A DNA stretch of 64,000 nt from NCBI RefSeq assembly GCF_004010195.1, contig NC_057720.1:31600831-31664830 (forward strand), in the 5' to 3' direction. The notes under the pieces are model-generated. The model was not told the DNA's origin. It saw nothing but the letters and a program-made list of their open reading frames with translations, and searched no databases. Below, one piece after another: positions 1 to 12,464 of this stretch; position 1 is the first letter of the stretch, and each line of letters starts with the position of its first letter. This stretch comes from Chiloscyllium plagiosum (taxonomy: Eukaryota). The position numbers and the translations under genes were made by a program.

Positions 1-499
1 ACCCACCCTTGTTTTATAATGTACATGCTGTTCACCTTCGTGACTTCCGTCCCTTGCTGATGTTCTTTACACCCGTTTAGTGTCTTGCTGCGTAGTCTGT
101 GGCCTTCCAAGTCTCATTCTTGTGCAGGATCACTGGTTTGTGGGTGGACTGAGCATTACTTAAGCCTGAATGAGAACATTTTTGACTTTCCACTTCTGGA
201 ATATTTATGGAAAAACTTAAATCCATATTGTTACATGATGCTGTTTCTATAGAAGTAAGAGTTATGCCTTATCAGTGGGCTCTGCATCATAGGTTTTTTG
301 AGGCTTTCTATTAGAGGAATGAGTGCAAGGCTAGTGAAATGATTGAATGTGGATAAATTGTCTGGACCACTGTCAGGAAGTGGTAGTTGAAGAGATTGTT
401 GAGCTGTCAACGTGTTAGGGAGGGTTCCAGAGTACTGGAAAACAGTATTATCTTGTCTTGTCCAAGCATTAGGTTGAACTTTAATCAGTAAGGGAGTTT

Positions 500-735
500 T
501 GGGTTAAAAGCAGGAAAGTGAACTTGGGAATGTCAGACTCAGCTGAAATTGTTGCTGGAAAAGCACAGCAGGTCAGGCAGCATCCAAGGAGCAGGAGAAT
601 CAATGTCTCAGGCATGAGCCCTTCATGCCCAAAACATCGATTCTCCTGCTCCTTGGATGCTGCCTGACCTGCTGTGCTTTTCCAGCAATACAATTTCAGC
701 TGATCTCCAGCATCTGAAGTTCTCACTGTCTCCTA
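500..735. mobile_element. Older fold-back Penelope-derived mini-element
   Basis: Inverted arms at about 540-615 and 625-702. GAATGTCAGACT and GAATATCAGACT flank the insert. Confidence 0.65.
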
Positions 736-1922
736 GAATATCAGACTGAGCAATTTAACATGGCCAATCCACTTAACCTGCGCATGCTTGCACTGTGGGA
801 GGAAATTCAGACCTTTGGACAAGTGCACGCTCCATGTGGTTGTCATTGGAATTGAACATGTCTCCAGTATTGAGGCAGCAGTGCTTGTGTAATTGGACAG
901 TTGTAGACTTCTGCAAAAGGTAATTTTGATAGGAGTTGGATCAGTCTGCAAGATGTAGAATTGGTGATCTGTCTCCTGTGAATAATGAAAATTACTTCGT
1001 CTGCTCCTTTTTCTGTAGAACAGTGGTTGCAAGGAGGTAAGATGGTGTGGGTGCTGAAAATCCAACATGGTACATTTGGCATCAGTATCTGGTTGAAACT
1101 TTCAGATTGATATGCATGAATTGAAGTTTCACCTTGCTGGGTATATATGCTGGCATGTATTAAATCTGTTTAATATACACTATGAAATGTTAAGTGTGCA
1201 AGTTGATTTCATTGTGCGTCTGAGTACACCCCACATCTGTATGTGGGATTAAGTTGGGGCATTGAGTAAATGAGCTTTTGTGTTGGTTTGGGGTATTGTA
1301 ATTGTTAATGCTTAATTTTGGTGTTCAACTAGTAATGTTAGTGTAGTAGACCCAACAAAATTGGGAGTGATGTGTATTGGTTTTAGAAGTGATGTGGCTG
1401 AATACTGACTACCAAGTTAAAAACTAAGTGCTCTAACTCAACCCGCTGCTTTAAACCTGATCTAGTATTGTCGTGCTAGACCTCTTGCTAAATTAACTCT
1501 TTTGTTGTGATAGTGTTCAGTTCTCAAATTTTGATCATGTTCTGAAGGCCTGTTAAGTCCAAATTCATGGAGCATTAATCGTGATCTAAGTCTACCAGTT
1601 TATGGCTTTACCAAGGTGGATTCTGAATCTGTAGGTTGGGCCCCTAGTTTGTAACTGACTTGCTTGCAGCCCAGTTTCAGTGAAATTGTCAGTGATGCAA
1701 TCTGAGATTAATTTGTTTCAAATGGTATTTGAATTTCCTTAGTGCAGTTACAGCTTGGGCAGCAGTGCCCACTATACCAGCATGGATATTGATCTCCAAT
1801 TGTAATTTTGTGCTTTATTAAATTGGTTTTCCATAATTAAACTTTCAACTGGTTAAGTGTAAATATTAAAAATTTAGATTTCAATTAATTTTCTCCATTT
1901 CATTTTCTATTGGGCCTTCTAG

Positions 1923-1983
1923 ATGTATACACTTTGAACCAAGTGGAAGAGTTGAAGTCTATATCCAGAGCATGCCATCTGAG
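1923..1983 (+). ncRNA. Penultimate exon of putative snoRNA host transcript
   Basis: Long pyrimidine tract ending ccttctag|, strong donor GAG|gtgagt, immediately upstream of SNORD38. No recognisable protein in any frame. Confidence 0.6.
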
Positions 1984-2037
1984 GTGAGTAAATGTTTGTT
2001 TGTAAATAACATCTGTAAAACAAACAACCATTTCCGG

Positions 2038-2105
2038 ATCTAATGATGAAAACATTATCCAGTTCTGCTACTGAAATGTAATGATGTTACTCCAACCTGA
2101 AGGCC
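2038..2105 (+). ncRNA. SNORD38: Box C/D snoRNA SNORD38 (U38)
   Basis: Box C ATGATGA at 2043-2049, guide TCCAGTTCTGCTA, D' CTGA at 2071-2074, C' ATGATGT at 2081-2087, D CTGA at 2097-2100. Flanking stem ACCATTTCC/GGAAATGGT. The guide matches recalled human U38 and is antisense to 28S AGCAGAACUGG. Confidence 0.88.
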
Positions 2106-2396
2106 TGGAAATGGTACCAAATATAAAGGAAAGCAGTTAAAACCTGCATTAGGTTAACATGGCCCAGATTGCTAACTGACTATGCTTGATCTTTCTTATG
2201 AAATGGAATTAGAACAGTAATGGCCAATGTCAGGTGTCAAATGCACATTTGCCCTAAAGCATACAATGCTTGACCATGTGATCTGAGTCTAGAAATATGA
2301 ATCTACCTTGCAATGGCAGTGTTTATGTAAACAGTTCATTGGTTTATGGAAAATTTATTTCAATTTGCTTTTAATTGGATGCTTTTGCCTTTGCAG

Positions 2397-2525
2397 TGCA
2401 CATTTGAGGATTAAACGAGTTTGGAGCTGACCTGCATAGTGAACAAGGTTGGATTTGAAGATGTGGAAGATTTCTGCAATGTAGTTTGATTAATTGCTTA
2501 ATAAATCTCTTTTTTAATTCATTTG
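2397..2525 (+). ncRNA. Putative terminal exon of snoRNA host transcript
   Basis: Acceptor ttttgcctttgcag|. AATAAA at 2500-2505 is followed by T/GT-rich sequence. The end is approximate. Confidence 0.5.
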
Positions 2526-3224
2526 TCTGGTGTCTTGATTTGGAGATTTACAAAGCCAATATAAAGCTTCAGGCATGTGTTCTACTCTGAAGTTCCTCAT
2601 GTTCTATCTAGAGGGCATTAGTCTTTGGTATTGTAATAAATTTAGTTAAATACTGTGGAGGGTGGAGCATGACATTTGAAAAGCAGACTAATTTAAAATG
2701 GTTTATAAAATGCTTACTAAATACTGGAATGGTGTATCTAGGTTGGAGATTCATGTCTTCCAAAAGTCATTTCTGTACAGATTGATTGGAAATATTTTGG
2801 TCCTGGCCACTGCATAGCTCTTACTAAGTAATGTAATTGTTGTAACACCTGTCAGCTTATGGATAAGGAAATGTGAAAACATACCATTACAGGAAATTAG
2901 TGCAAATGTTGAATTGGTGTAACAATTTTCACCCCTTAGCAAAGGTGTTAAATGAGTTTGGAGCATATTAAGATGACAGGCCAAGTGTTGGAAACTGGCA
3001 TGAGTTGATATGGCATGGACACAAGGTATCTTGGATGGCTTAAGATGAGTGAGATGAATTGAATGGCCATGAAATCAAGCAGATAACAGGTAGTGCTGGT
3101 TGAGGATTATTACAAGTTTGTTTTTCTGGATTAAAAACCTTGTTCCCTAATCAATCTTTAAAAGATGCTTGCGTAGTTCAGTAGCTGGTTTTCACCAATA
3201 CTCCAGGTCCTCATTTGTGTTTGG

Positions 3225-4435
3225 AGAAAGTGAGGATTGCAGATGCTGGAGATCAGAGCTGAAAAATGTCGCTGGAAAAGTGCAGCAGATCAGGCAGCAT
3301 CCAAGCAGCAGGAATTGACATTTTGGGCATAAGCCCTTCAGGAATGAGGGTGTGCCAAGCAGGCTAAGATAAAAGGGAGGGGTGTTGGGGATGCAATAGG
3401 AGGTTAAGGTGAGGGTGATTGGCCAGAGAGGGGTTGGGGGGCAGTTAAGGAAGAATGCAGATCAAGAAGGCAGTGCTGAGTCGAAGGGTTGGGACTGAAG
3501 GTGGGGGAGGAGAAATGAAGCTTGTGGTTGGAGGGTTCTTAGGCAGATGAGGTGCTCTTCCTCCAGGTGTCGTGTTGCCATCGTCTGGTGGAGGTGGCCA
3601 AGGACCTGCATGTCCTTGGCAGAGGGGTGTTAGTGTTCAGCCACAGGGCAGTTGGGTTGGTTGGTGTGGGTGTCCCAGAGGTGTTCTCTGAAATGTTCTG
3701 CAAGTAGGTGGCCTGTCTCCAATGTAGAGAAGGCCACATTGGATGCAGTAAATGGTGTGGAGGTGCAGGTGAATTTGTTCCAATATGGAAAGATCCATGG
3801 GGGGGTGGTATGGGTGCAAATTTTGCATTTCTTGAAATTCAAGGTGCTGGGAGTGGAGGTTGGGTTGGTGAAGGTGTGGACCTGATGGAGTCATGCAGGG
3901 AGTGGTCTTTCTGGAATGCTGATAGGGGAGGGAAATATATCCTTGGTGGGGTCTCTGGAGGTGGAAATGATGATCTACCCTGCCCCCTGTAAAAACACCA
4001 TCCCATATTCCCAATTCCTTCACCTCCACTGCATCTGCTCCCAGGAGGACCAATTCCAAACAACCCAGATGGCCTCCTTCAAAGACTGCAATTTTCCCTC
4101 AGATATGGTTGACAATGCTCTCCATCGCATCTCCTCCACTTCCTGCTCCTCCAATCGCCACTAGGACAGCATCCCAATGATCCTCACCTACCACCCCACC
4201 AACCTCCAGATACATTGTATCATCCTTCATCATTTCCACCACCTCCAAACAGACCCCACCACCAAGGATATATTTCCCTCCCCTCCCCTATCAGTGTTCT
4301 GGAAAGACCACTCCCTCCATGACTCCCTCATCAGGTCCACACCCCCCACCAACCCAACCTCCACTCCCGCCACCTTCCCCTGCAACCACAAGAAATATAA
4401 AACTTGCACCCACACCTCCCCACTTCCCTCCAAGA
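3225..4435. mobile_element. Penelope-like fragments in inverted arrangement (minus 3225-3965, plus 3975-4435)
   Basis: Minus strand reads CKICTH...YCIQCGLLYIG (GIY-YIG-type). Plus strand reads CKNTIPYSQFL..LTYHPTN..FPSPPLSVF, typical of the PLE thumb/linker. Confidence 0.75.
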
Positions 4436-4436
4436 C

Positions 4437-5105
4437 TCCAAGTACAGGAATTGGGAGCTCATGTTGTAGCTGTACAGGACATTGGTTAGGCCTCAGTTGG
4501 AGGAAGGAGACCAGAAGTGCGTGCAATACTATCAGAAAGATGTTGTGAAACTTGGGCTCAAAATTTACAAGGATGTTGCCAGGGTTAAGGGATTTGAGCT
4601 GAACAGGCTGGGGCTGTTTCCCTGGAGCATCAGAGGCTGAGGGGTGACCTCATAGAGGTTTACAAAATTGAGGGGCATGGATAGGGCAAATAGGCAAAGT
4701 CTTTTCCCTGGTGTCCAGGAGTCCAGAACTGGAGGGCATCAGTTTAGGGTGAGGGGAAAGATGAGACCTACAGGGTAACTTTTTCACAGGGCAGTACATG
4801 TATGCATTGAGCTGCCAGAGGAAGTGGAGGTTGGTACAATTGCAACATTTAAGTTGGTTAAATTGCAACATTTGGATGGGTATATGAATAAGAAGGGTTC
4901 CTGAAGAAGGGCCTGTGCCCGAAACGTCGAATCTCCTGTTCCCTGGATGCTGCCTGACCTGCTGTGCTGTTCTAGCAATAAAGTTTCAACTTTGATCTCC
5001 AGCATCTGCAGACCTTACTTTCTCCTTGGTGGGATAGATTGGGTTGGGATATCTGGTCAGCATAGAAGGGTTGGACTGAAAGGTCTGTTTCCATGCTGTA
5101 CGTTT
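4437..5105 (+). mobile_element. CR1 3' fragment
   Basis: Decayed RT C-terminus and 3'UTR, homologous to the other CR1 copies. Confidence 0.8.
4896..5025 (+). mobile_element. Penelope-derived mini-insert with intact hammerhead motif (4896-4933), inside a CR1 tail
   Basis: Near-identical to the 8744-8871 and 17582-17711 copies. Confidence 0.8.
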
Positions 5106-5694
5106 CACTATAAATTTAAAGTGAACATGCCCTTGTCACTTTTATCTTTTCCAAAACTTTCCATTTTGTTTCGTATTTTCTGCATGCAACAACTAAAAGT
5201 CCAAGGTGGCAGTAATAGAATAGGTAACGGCTGGGCTCCTGTGCCCAGACTGTCATCTTCATTTGCTTTTTTTTCCTTCAAACATCCCAGAGAAAGCTCT
5301 TTAGCAAGAGAGTCCCATTGGGTGGAGGTGTTTACAGAGGCAGTCCATTGGCCTGCAGAGCCTCCAGTGGCATTTTTGTATGGAGTAGGTCCTTGCTGGC
5401 CCAAAGTGGACTGGGAAACCTGTATCAGTGGAGAAGGGAAAGTTGGAGACTCTTAAGGTTTTATGTATGGCATTTGTGTACCAGCAATGCTACACTTCAC
5501 TACTTTCTATTGAATGCAAATGACAAGGGTATTTGAAGTTTGGGAACAGCCAGAATGTATTTGTTAAAGGCAACTTGATTCTGCCAAGCCAGGTTCTTTG
5601 AAGCAATTATCAACTGAAGTGTTTTATTTGAAGATGTCAATTAGACCATTTTAATTTTTATTGGGTTTTGATTGTAGTTAGAGGTCTTCCTTTT

Positions 5695-6001
5695 TTAAAC
5701 ATTCTGAGGAACCTTCAAGGTGACAGTACCAGTACTAGAAGACTCACTGGGATTGTTTTGGTTGTCATTCCTGGAGTCCTCTTCAGATGGAGTCACCAAA
5801 TAGAGTTCATTGGACTGTAAGTTGGAAGAGCAATTGTCTGCATGCTTCCATAATAAATTTACTCCTTGATTGCTCCTCCCCAAGCTTTTGAGACTAATAG
5901 TTGGTGAGGCAGCAACATTGAGGAAGCGATTGAGTAAGGGAGTCTGTGTCTTGAATGAGTCTTGCTCGACCTGTCTGTTGAGAACCGGGCTATCAATCGC
6001 A
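5695..6001 (-). CDS. BEST4: Bestrophin-4 terminal coding exon
   Basis: Acceptor ctttcag is phase-compatible with the previous exon. AIDSPVLNRQVEQDSFKTQTPLLNRFLNVAASPTISLKSLGR...KVPQNV* resembles the recalled mammalian BEST4 tail motif QTPLLGRFLGVGAPSPAISLRNFGR. TAA is at 5695-5697, with minus-strand AATAAA signals just downstream. Confidence 0.9.
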
Positions 6002-6990
6002 CTGAAAGATAAAGTGAAAACATACAGCATAAATTCACTACATTGTGCAGTAAAGTTATTTCAAATGTTTAATTTGGGTAGAAAGCAGCCTTTATTTCCA
6101 TTCTGGTCATGATCAACCCTTGTGTTTTTGGCAACTGTGGCCAGTGTAGAATCATAATGTTTCATGCTGCAACTTGATTCATAAATTAGCCAAGACCCCA
6201 ATAATGACAAAGAGATTGATTTTTATTTTTCAGAGCTGCTTTTGCAGTTGTAATGTATATCAGTACACGTATTTGGAAAGGCATTGATTCGGGATAGTCA
6301 ACATGGCTTTGTGCGTGGGAAATCATGTCTCACAAACTTGATTGAGTGTTTTGATGAAGTAACAAGATTGATGAGGGCAGAGCAGTAGATGTGATCTATA
6401 TGGACTTCAGTAAGGCGTTCGACAAGGTTCCCCATGGGAGACTGATTAGCAAGGTTAGATCTCACAGAATACAGGGAGAACTAGCCATTTGGATACAGAA
6501 CTAGCTCAAAGGTAGAAGACAGAGGGTGGTGGTGGAGGTTGTTTTTCAGATTGGAGGCCTGTGACCATTGGAGTGCCACATGGATCGGCGCTGAGCCCTC
6601 TACTTTTTGTCATTTACATAAATGATTTGGATGCGAGCATAAGAGGTACAGTTAGCAAGTTTGCAGATGACACCAACATTGGCAGTGTAGTGAACAGCGA
6701 AGAGGGTTACCTCAGATTACAACATGATCTGGACCCAATGGGCTGAGAAATGGCAGATGGAGTTTAATTCAGATAAATGCGAGGCGCTGCATTTTGGGAA
6801 AGCAAATCTTAGCAGGACATATACACAATGGTAAGGTCCTAGGGAGTGTTGCTGAACAAAGAGACCTTAGAGTGCAGGTTCATAGCTCCTTGAAAGTGGA
6901 GTCGCAGGTAGATAGGGTGGTGAAGAAGGCGTTTGGTATGCTTTCCTTTATTGAGTACAGGAGTTGGGAGGTCATGTTGCGGCTATACAG

Positions 6991-7165
6991 GTTGAAACTT
7001 TATTGCTGGAACAGCACAGCAGGTCAGGCAGCATCCAGGGAACAGGGGATTCGACGTTTCGGGCACAGGCCCTTCTTCAGGAATGAGCAGAGAGTGTTCA
7101 GCAGGAGAAGATAAAAGGTAGGGAGGAGGGACTTGGAGGAGGGGAGTTGGAAATGTGATAGGTGC
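6991..7165 (-). mobile_element. Penelope-derived fragment with intact hammerhead motif (7048-7085)
   Basis: The reverse strand reads ATTC-CTGAAGA-A-GGGCCTGTGCCC-GAAACGTC-GAAT. Confidence 0.8.
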
Positions 7166-7227
7166 AAGAGCCAACCGTGTGAAACTTTATCAAATGCCTT
7201 ACTGAAGTCCATATACACCACATCAAC

Positions 7228-7948
7228 NNNNNNNNNNNNNNNNNNNNNNNNNNNNNNNNNNNNNNNNNNNNNNNNNNNNNNNNNNNNNNNNNNNNNNNNN
7301 NNNNNNNNNNNNNNNNNNNNNNNNNNNNNNNNNNNNNNNNNNNNNNNNNNNNNNNNNNNNNNNNNNNNNNNNNNNNNNNNNNNNNNNNNNNNNNNNNNNN
7401 NNNNNNNNNNNNNNNNNNNNNNNNNNNNNNNNNNNNNNNNNNNNNNNNNNNNNNNNNNNNNNNNNNNNNNNNNNNNNNNNNNNNNNNNNNNNNNNNNNNN
7501 NNNNNNNNNNNNNNNNNNNNNNNNNNNNNNNNNNNNNNNNNNNNNNNNNNNNNNNNNNNNNNNNNNNNNNNNNNNNNNNNNNNNNNNNNNNNNNNNNNNN
7601 NNNNNNNNNNNNNNNNNNNNNNNNNNNNNNNNNNNNNNNNNNNNNNNNNNNNNNNNNNNNNNNNNNNNNNNNNNNNNNNNNNNNNNNNNNNNNNNNNNNN
7701 NNNNNNNNNNNNNNNNNNNNNNNNNNNNNNNNNNNNNNNNNNNNNNNNNNNNNNNNNNNNNNNNNNNNNNNNNNNNNNNNNNNNNNNNNNNNNNNNNNNN
7801 NNNNNNNNNNNNNNNNNNNNNNNNNNNNNNNNNNNNNNNNNNNNNNNNNNNNNNNNNNNNNNNNNNNNNNNNNNNNNNNNNNNNNNNNNNNNNNNNNNNN
7901 NNNNNNNNNNNNNNNNNNNNNNNNNNNNNNNNNNNNNNNNNNNNNNNN
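7228..7948. other. Assembly gap (721 N)
   Basis: Run of N inside the last BEST4 intron, flanked by CR1 fragments. Confidence 1.
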
Positions 7949-8738
7949 GTGGTTGTGGCTGGTACAATTGCAACATTTAAAAGGCATCTGGATGGGTATA
8001 TGAATAGGAAGGGTTTGGAGGGATATGGGCCGGGTGCTGGCAGGTGGGACTAGATTGTGTTGGAATATCTGGTCGGCATGGATGGGTTGGACCGAAGGGT
8101 ATGTTTCCATGCTGTACATCTCTATGACTCTGACTCTAAATTCCTATGGAACCATTTTGGTTGCAAGGAGTGGGGCTTTTTTGATTTTGAGTAGTGGTGC
8201 ATAATTCATAATAAATAAAATTATAAAGCTAATTGGAGCTTTACTAGTGAAATCATTGCTGTGAGCTAGTTAAACCTGCACCTCTCAGAGATCCATAAAT
8301 GGTCACAATGTCAACCCATTACTGAGGTCCCTGAAGTGGCCACATGCTGAAATGGTCAGGAAGCAGATGGTGACAGAAACTTTGTCAGAACTGGAAAAAT
8401 TTAGAGATGTTACAGGTTTGAAGTGGAAACTGAAGTGAACATGTGTTTATTGGGTGGAAGCAAGAGTAATTAAATGATGAATGTAACAATGCTGGGTGCA
8501 AAGATTTGTAAATAGGCAAGAAATGAATACATTTGTAAATTTTAAAAAAACTGTTACTAGATCCTGCTATCCAGGAGCAGTCCTTTGATCTGAAATTATT
8601 AAACTCCAGTTTGAATTCAGAAGGGTATATTGAATCAAAAGGTAAGGTGCTGTTCCTGAAGCTTTTGTTGAGCTTCACCAGAACTGTTTCGGAGTGGTAC
8701 ACTGTTAGTGTCACTTTTGATTGACACCTTTGTTCATT

Positions 8739-8871
8739 CTTGATTTCCTGAAGAAGGGCCTGTGCCCGAAACGTCGAATCTCCTGTTCCCTGGATGCTGC
8801 CTGACCTGCTGTGCTGTTCCAGCAATAAAGTTTCAACTTTGATCTCCAGCATCTGCAGACCTCACTTTCTC
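8739..8871 (+). mobile_element. Penelope-derived mini-insert with hammerhead motif (8744-8780) and 14-bp TSD
   Basis: CTGAAGAAGGGCCTGTGCCCGAAACGTCGAATC. TSD CACCTTTGTTCATT at 8725-8738 and 8872-8885. Confidence 0.85.
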
Positions 8872-10180
8872 CACCTTTGTTCATTTACAAGCTTCACTGA
8901 ATTTGCATTTACTATGCCGAATACAGAGGAGACTGAATTGTATATGCAGCTCACCATCTATCGAATAGAAAGTACAAGTAAGTCAGTGATTCTCATGGAA
9001 TGAGTACCAAGTTGGCTCAAGTGTGTGGTCAAATCTTTAGTCTATTAGGGAGTGACTCCAGAAACTAAGAATTGCATAACTCAGTTTATTACTCTCTGCT
9101 AGGTGACCAGTTTGGGCTTTTAATCTGCTTTCCTTCCAGAAAATTCATCCCAGAACTGGTGGCTTCCTTAATAATATATCATCTGGCTGTAACTAAGTAA
9201 AGCTTGATGGACCCAAGAGGTCGTATTGGATTTCCTGCTACACCAACCTACTAGCAGACTAGATCAGGGCCAGAAGTGAGTGACCCAAAAAAAAGTAGGT
9301 TTTAAAATGATCCCACTTTCCTCATGGGCAAAGATGGAGCAGTGGTGCTCCTATACTGAAGAACTGGGTATTCCAGCCATTGATCTGCCCTCCAAAGCTG
9401 ATTGAGAACAGTAACCTGACTGGAGAATTGGTGGTGGATTTATAAAAGTTCTGGGTGTTAAAATGTTCTGGGCTTCATTTCTTGCCAGATACAGAAATTG
9501 GCCTGCAGTTAAGAATAAGGAATCTTAATGAATTTCTTGTTTGAAAGATTTATATGTAGTGTTGGGTTTGAGTATGTCAGTTTTTTTCAAATTGGTAGCA
9601 CCAGTATTTGAATTAGAAAACTTGGGTATAAATACGTGGATGTAAGGGGAGATGACCCATAATTCAAATTGGCTGCTGTATTTATTGACAAAGCAAAGCT
9701 TAGTGAACTTCAAAAATTATCAAACTCTATGGGTAGCCTGAGGCCAGGTAATGGTAGATATTCTCTTTCAGTACATATGACTGACCAAAGAATCTGTTGC
9801 TTGTACTTTCTTGTCTGAATTCCTGTGCATGCATTATACTGACATAGACGCATATCAGTGAAGTGCCTCTGGATGTCCTAATTTAGGTGTGGAGAGATGC
9901 TGTCAATCAATTATACATCATAAAATGAACATAAACCTCTAGATGACATACAACAACAAAGTTAAAATATTTTGATTTTAACAAACCAACAATTAAAAAG
10001 CTGTCACTTAGCCTGAGTTGATGCTGCTATTCAGTTTGGGAGTCTGAGCTAATTAGCTTCAATACTTGTGCTTCCAGTTCTCTTAATTTATAATTGCTAT
10101 TACTAGTTTTCTGTCCTTAGTCCCATGAATATATGGTTGTGGATTGCTCCCATGAAAATGTGAAATAGAATTTTACTGAC

Positions 10181-10335
10181 CGCATGTCAAAGGTTGATCC
10201 TAAAAATGATGGTTTGTGGGTCTCGTTGGCGGTAGCGATGGTGTAAGGAGGTTGAGCTGTGGATTCATTCCAGTACTTATCTTTTTCCATGGGTGGAAGA
10301 TTCTGATACATGTCATCCACAGAGAGAAAGGAAAC
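10181..10335 (-). CDS. BEST4: Bestrophin-4 coding exon 8 (exon-9 equivalent)
   Basis: 155 nt, VSFLSVDDMYQNLPPMEKDKYWNESTAQPPYTIATANETHKPSFLGSTFDM(R). Splice sites atgtag| and CG|gtcagt. Confidence 0.96.
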
Positions 10336-10869
10336 CTACATGGAGACACCGTTTTGAATGCACAATGTTGTGTATGTGCATTCAAATATGTGATTTTATA
10401 CTCAACGTAAAGACAATAAACACAGAATATTTCTTTGTAAAGTCACCATCAGACAGTTTTAATGTAGATCTAGGTGCAGAGCTCCAAAAACGTGATTTCA
10501 AATAAACCTGATGAACTATAACCTAGTGTCATGTGACATCTGACCTTGTCCACCCCAGTACAACACCAGCACCTCCACTTCATAACATAAAATGCTCCTT
10601 CAATTTCTTGATAAACATGTCTGTTATTCTAACAACAGAAGAGCCCCTTCTGTTTTATTCTGAACATGATGTGTAACCATTATACCATTCTGCAGCACTG
10701 AATTGTGGTTGGTTTTGTGCTGAGTGCTAAAATATAATGTATGATTCTGCTGCCTGCAATCTATTTTCCTTTAAAAAGGTAACAATGCTGCATAGAAGCC
10801 AATTTGTGAAGAACCGTGTCATAAGCAAGACAAATTCTACATGGAACTCTTTTTAATTCACACATTATG

Positions 10870-11325
10870 ATGTGGAGGAGCCAGTGTTGGACTGGGGTGG
10901 CCAAAATTATAAATTACACACTATCCAAGTTATAGTCCAAGAGGTTTATTTGGAAGCACTAGCTTTCTGAGCGCTGCTCCTTCATCTGGTGGTTGTGGAG
11001 TAGCACCATAAGACACAGAATTTATAGCAAACAATACAGAGTCATGCAAGTAACATGTTATATTTAACAAACCTTGATTGTGTTTAAGTCTTTAATCTCT
11101 TGGAATGGGTTCTGAAGAATTGGTGGGTTCTAACCCATTCTAAAACGTGAAAGACTTAACAACAATCAAGGTTTGTTAAATATAACATGTTACTTGCATG
11201 CCACTAATCGTTTCCTATAAATTCTGTCTTATGGTCCTGCTACCTGATGAAGGAGCTACACTGTAAAAGCTAGTGCTTCCAAATAAACCTGTTGGACTAT
11301 GACGTGGTGTTGTGATTTGTACCTT
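10870..11325. mobile_element. Fold-back of Penelope pseudo-LTR (family B) with decayed hammerheads
   Basis: Imperfect inverted arms of about 200 bp, homologous to 58330-58505. Motif remnants at 10957-10991 (-) and about 11243-11275 (+). Confidence 0.75.
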
Positions 11326-11771
11326 TTTATTATTATTAGGTAGTAATACAACATGAAATCACTGATTCTTGCCTGTTTGTTTAACATCAAATCTCTATTT
11401 GATCTTCTTTACTTCAGTAAGTTTTGACTGTAATAAATTGCTAATATAACAATCTTGTCTTCCAGGTAATTGTAACACGTGAGCTGCTAGCATTTTAATT
11501 CAAACTGTAAACAGTACTATATCCACTGCACAACCACCTTTTCTCTTAGGTGAATTGAGAGACACAAAAAACTGGCAATCTAAATTAAACTGCTGATTAA
11601 ATTAAAACAATAAAATAAAATTAAACCAAGGAAAGTATCCTCTGTAATTTTAAGCATTTTTGACTGATTTTATTGAATGGATCTGTGACCTTAGTTAAGA
11701 CATTCTTCTTGGCATGTCTCAATTGCTCTGTTGGTATCTCCATGTTGGTATGTTGATATCTCTGGTATCAT

Positions 11772-12055
11772 TGGGTGGCACGATGGCTCAGTGGTTAGCA
11801 TGCTGTCACAGTACCAGGGACCCAGGTTTGATTCCACCTTCGGGTAGCTGTCTGTGCGGAATTTGTTTGTTCTCCCCATGTCTGCATGGTTTTCCTCTGG
11901 GTGCTCTGGTTTCGTCCCACAGAGCAAAGATGTGCAGGTTAGGTGGATTGCCATGTTAAACTGCCCCATAGCCTGCACACCCCTGGACACTAAGTGGATT
12001 AGCCTTTGCAAATGTGTGGTTACAGGAATAAGATATGGGGGTGTGTCTGGGTGGA
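11772..12055 (+). mobile_element. Older HE1-like SINE
   Basis: GGGTGGCACGATGGCTCAGTGGTTAGCA head and V-domain. Confidence 0.75.
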
Positions 12056-12464
12056 ATCAGGCCCTGCCTGGTAACTGCTCCCAGGTTAATGTTCAGCTGC
12101 TGACGTGTGATTGGTGTCATCGAACCTAACTAGAGCTGCGGTTAGGTTGGCTATGCCTCCCCTGAAAGAGTTCCAACTAGTCACCTCCAACTTCTCGCCC
12201 TTTAATAGCTTCCTATTGTCTTTGGCTTTGATTACGATAAATATGTTGCTTCTTGCCCCAGCCAATTCCCATATGATCTGGTATACCATCTTGGAGCCAT
12301 TATGATTTGTTGCTTCTTGTGACCATCCCTCCACACCCCACCCTTTTCATTCTATCCATTCATGTTTATATCTCTCTCTCATGTAGCTCATCTTTGTGGC
12401 TTCATCCATTCTCCAGTGCTTCTCATCATTTTCTCATTTTTGCCTAATATTCAGTAGCCTAAGC

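Larger units (their letters stand above)
6270..8135 (+). mobile_element. CR1 RT fragments spanning the gap
   Basis: YMDFSKAFDKV, GVPHGSALSPLLFVIYIND, KFADDT, and a 3' tail at 7949-8135. Confidence 0.85.

Noticed and set aside
232..305. ATGATG box C-like start of a snoRNA
   Set aside because: No suitably placed CTGA box D or terminal stem.
1..3200. RPS8 coding exons expected from synteny
   Set aside because: No RPS8-like peptide found in the exon candidates I translated.
7098..8119. ORFs of about 300 aa in the track
   Set aside because: Artefacts of translating the N gap.
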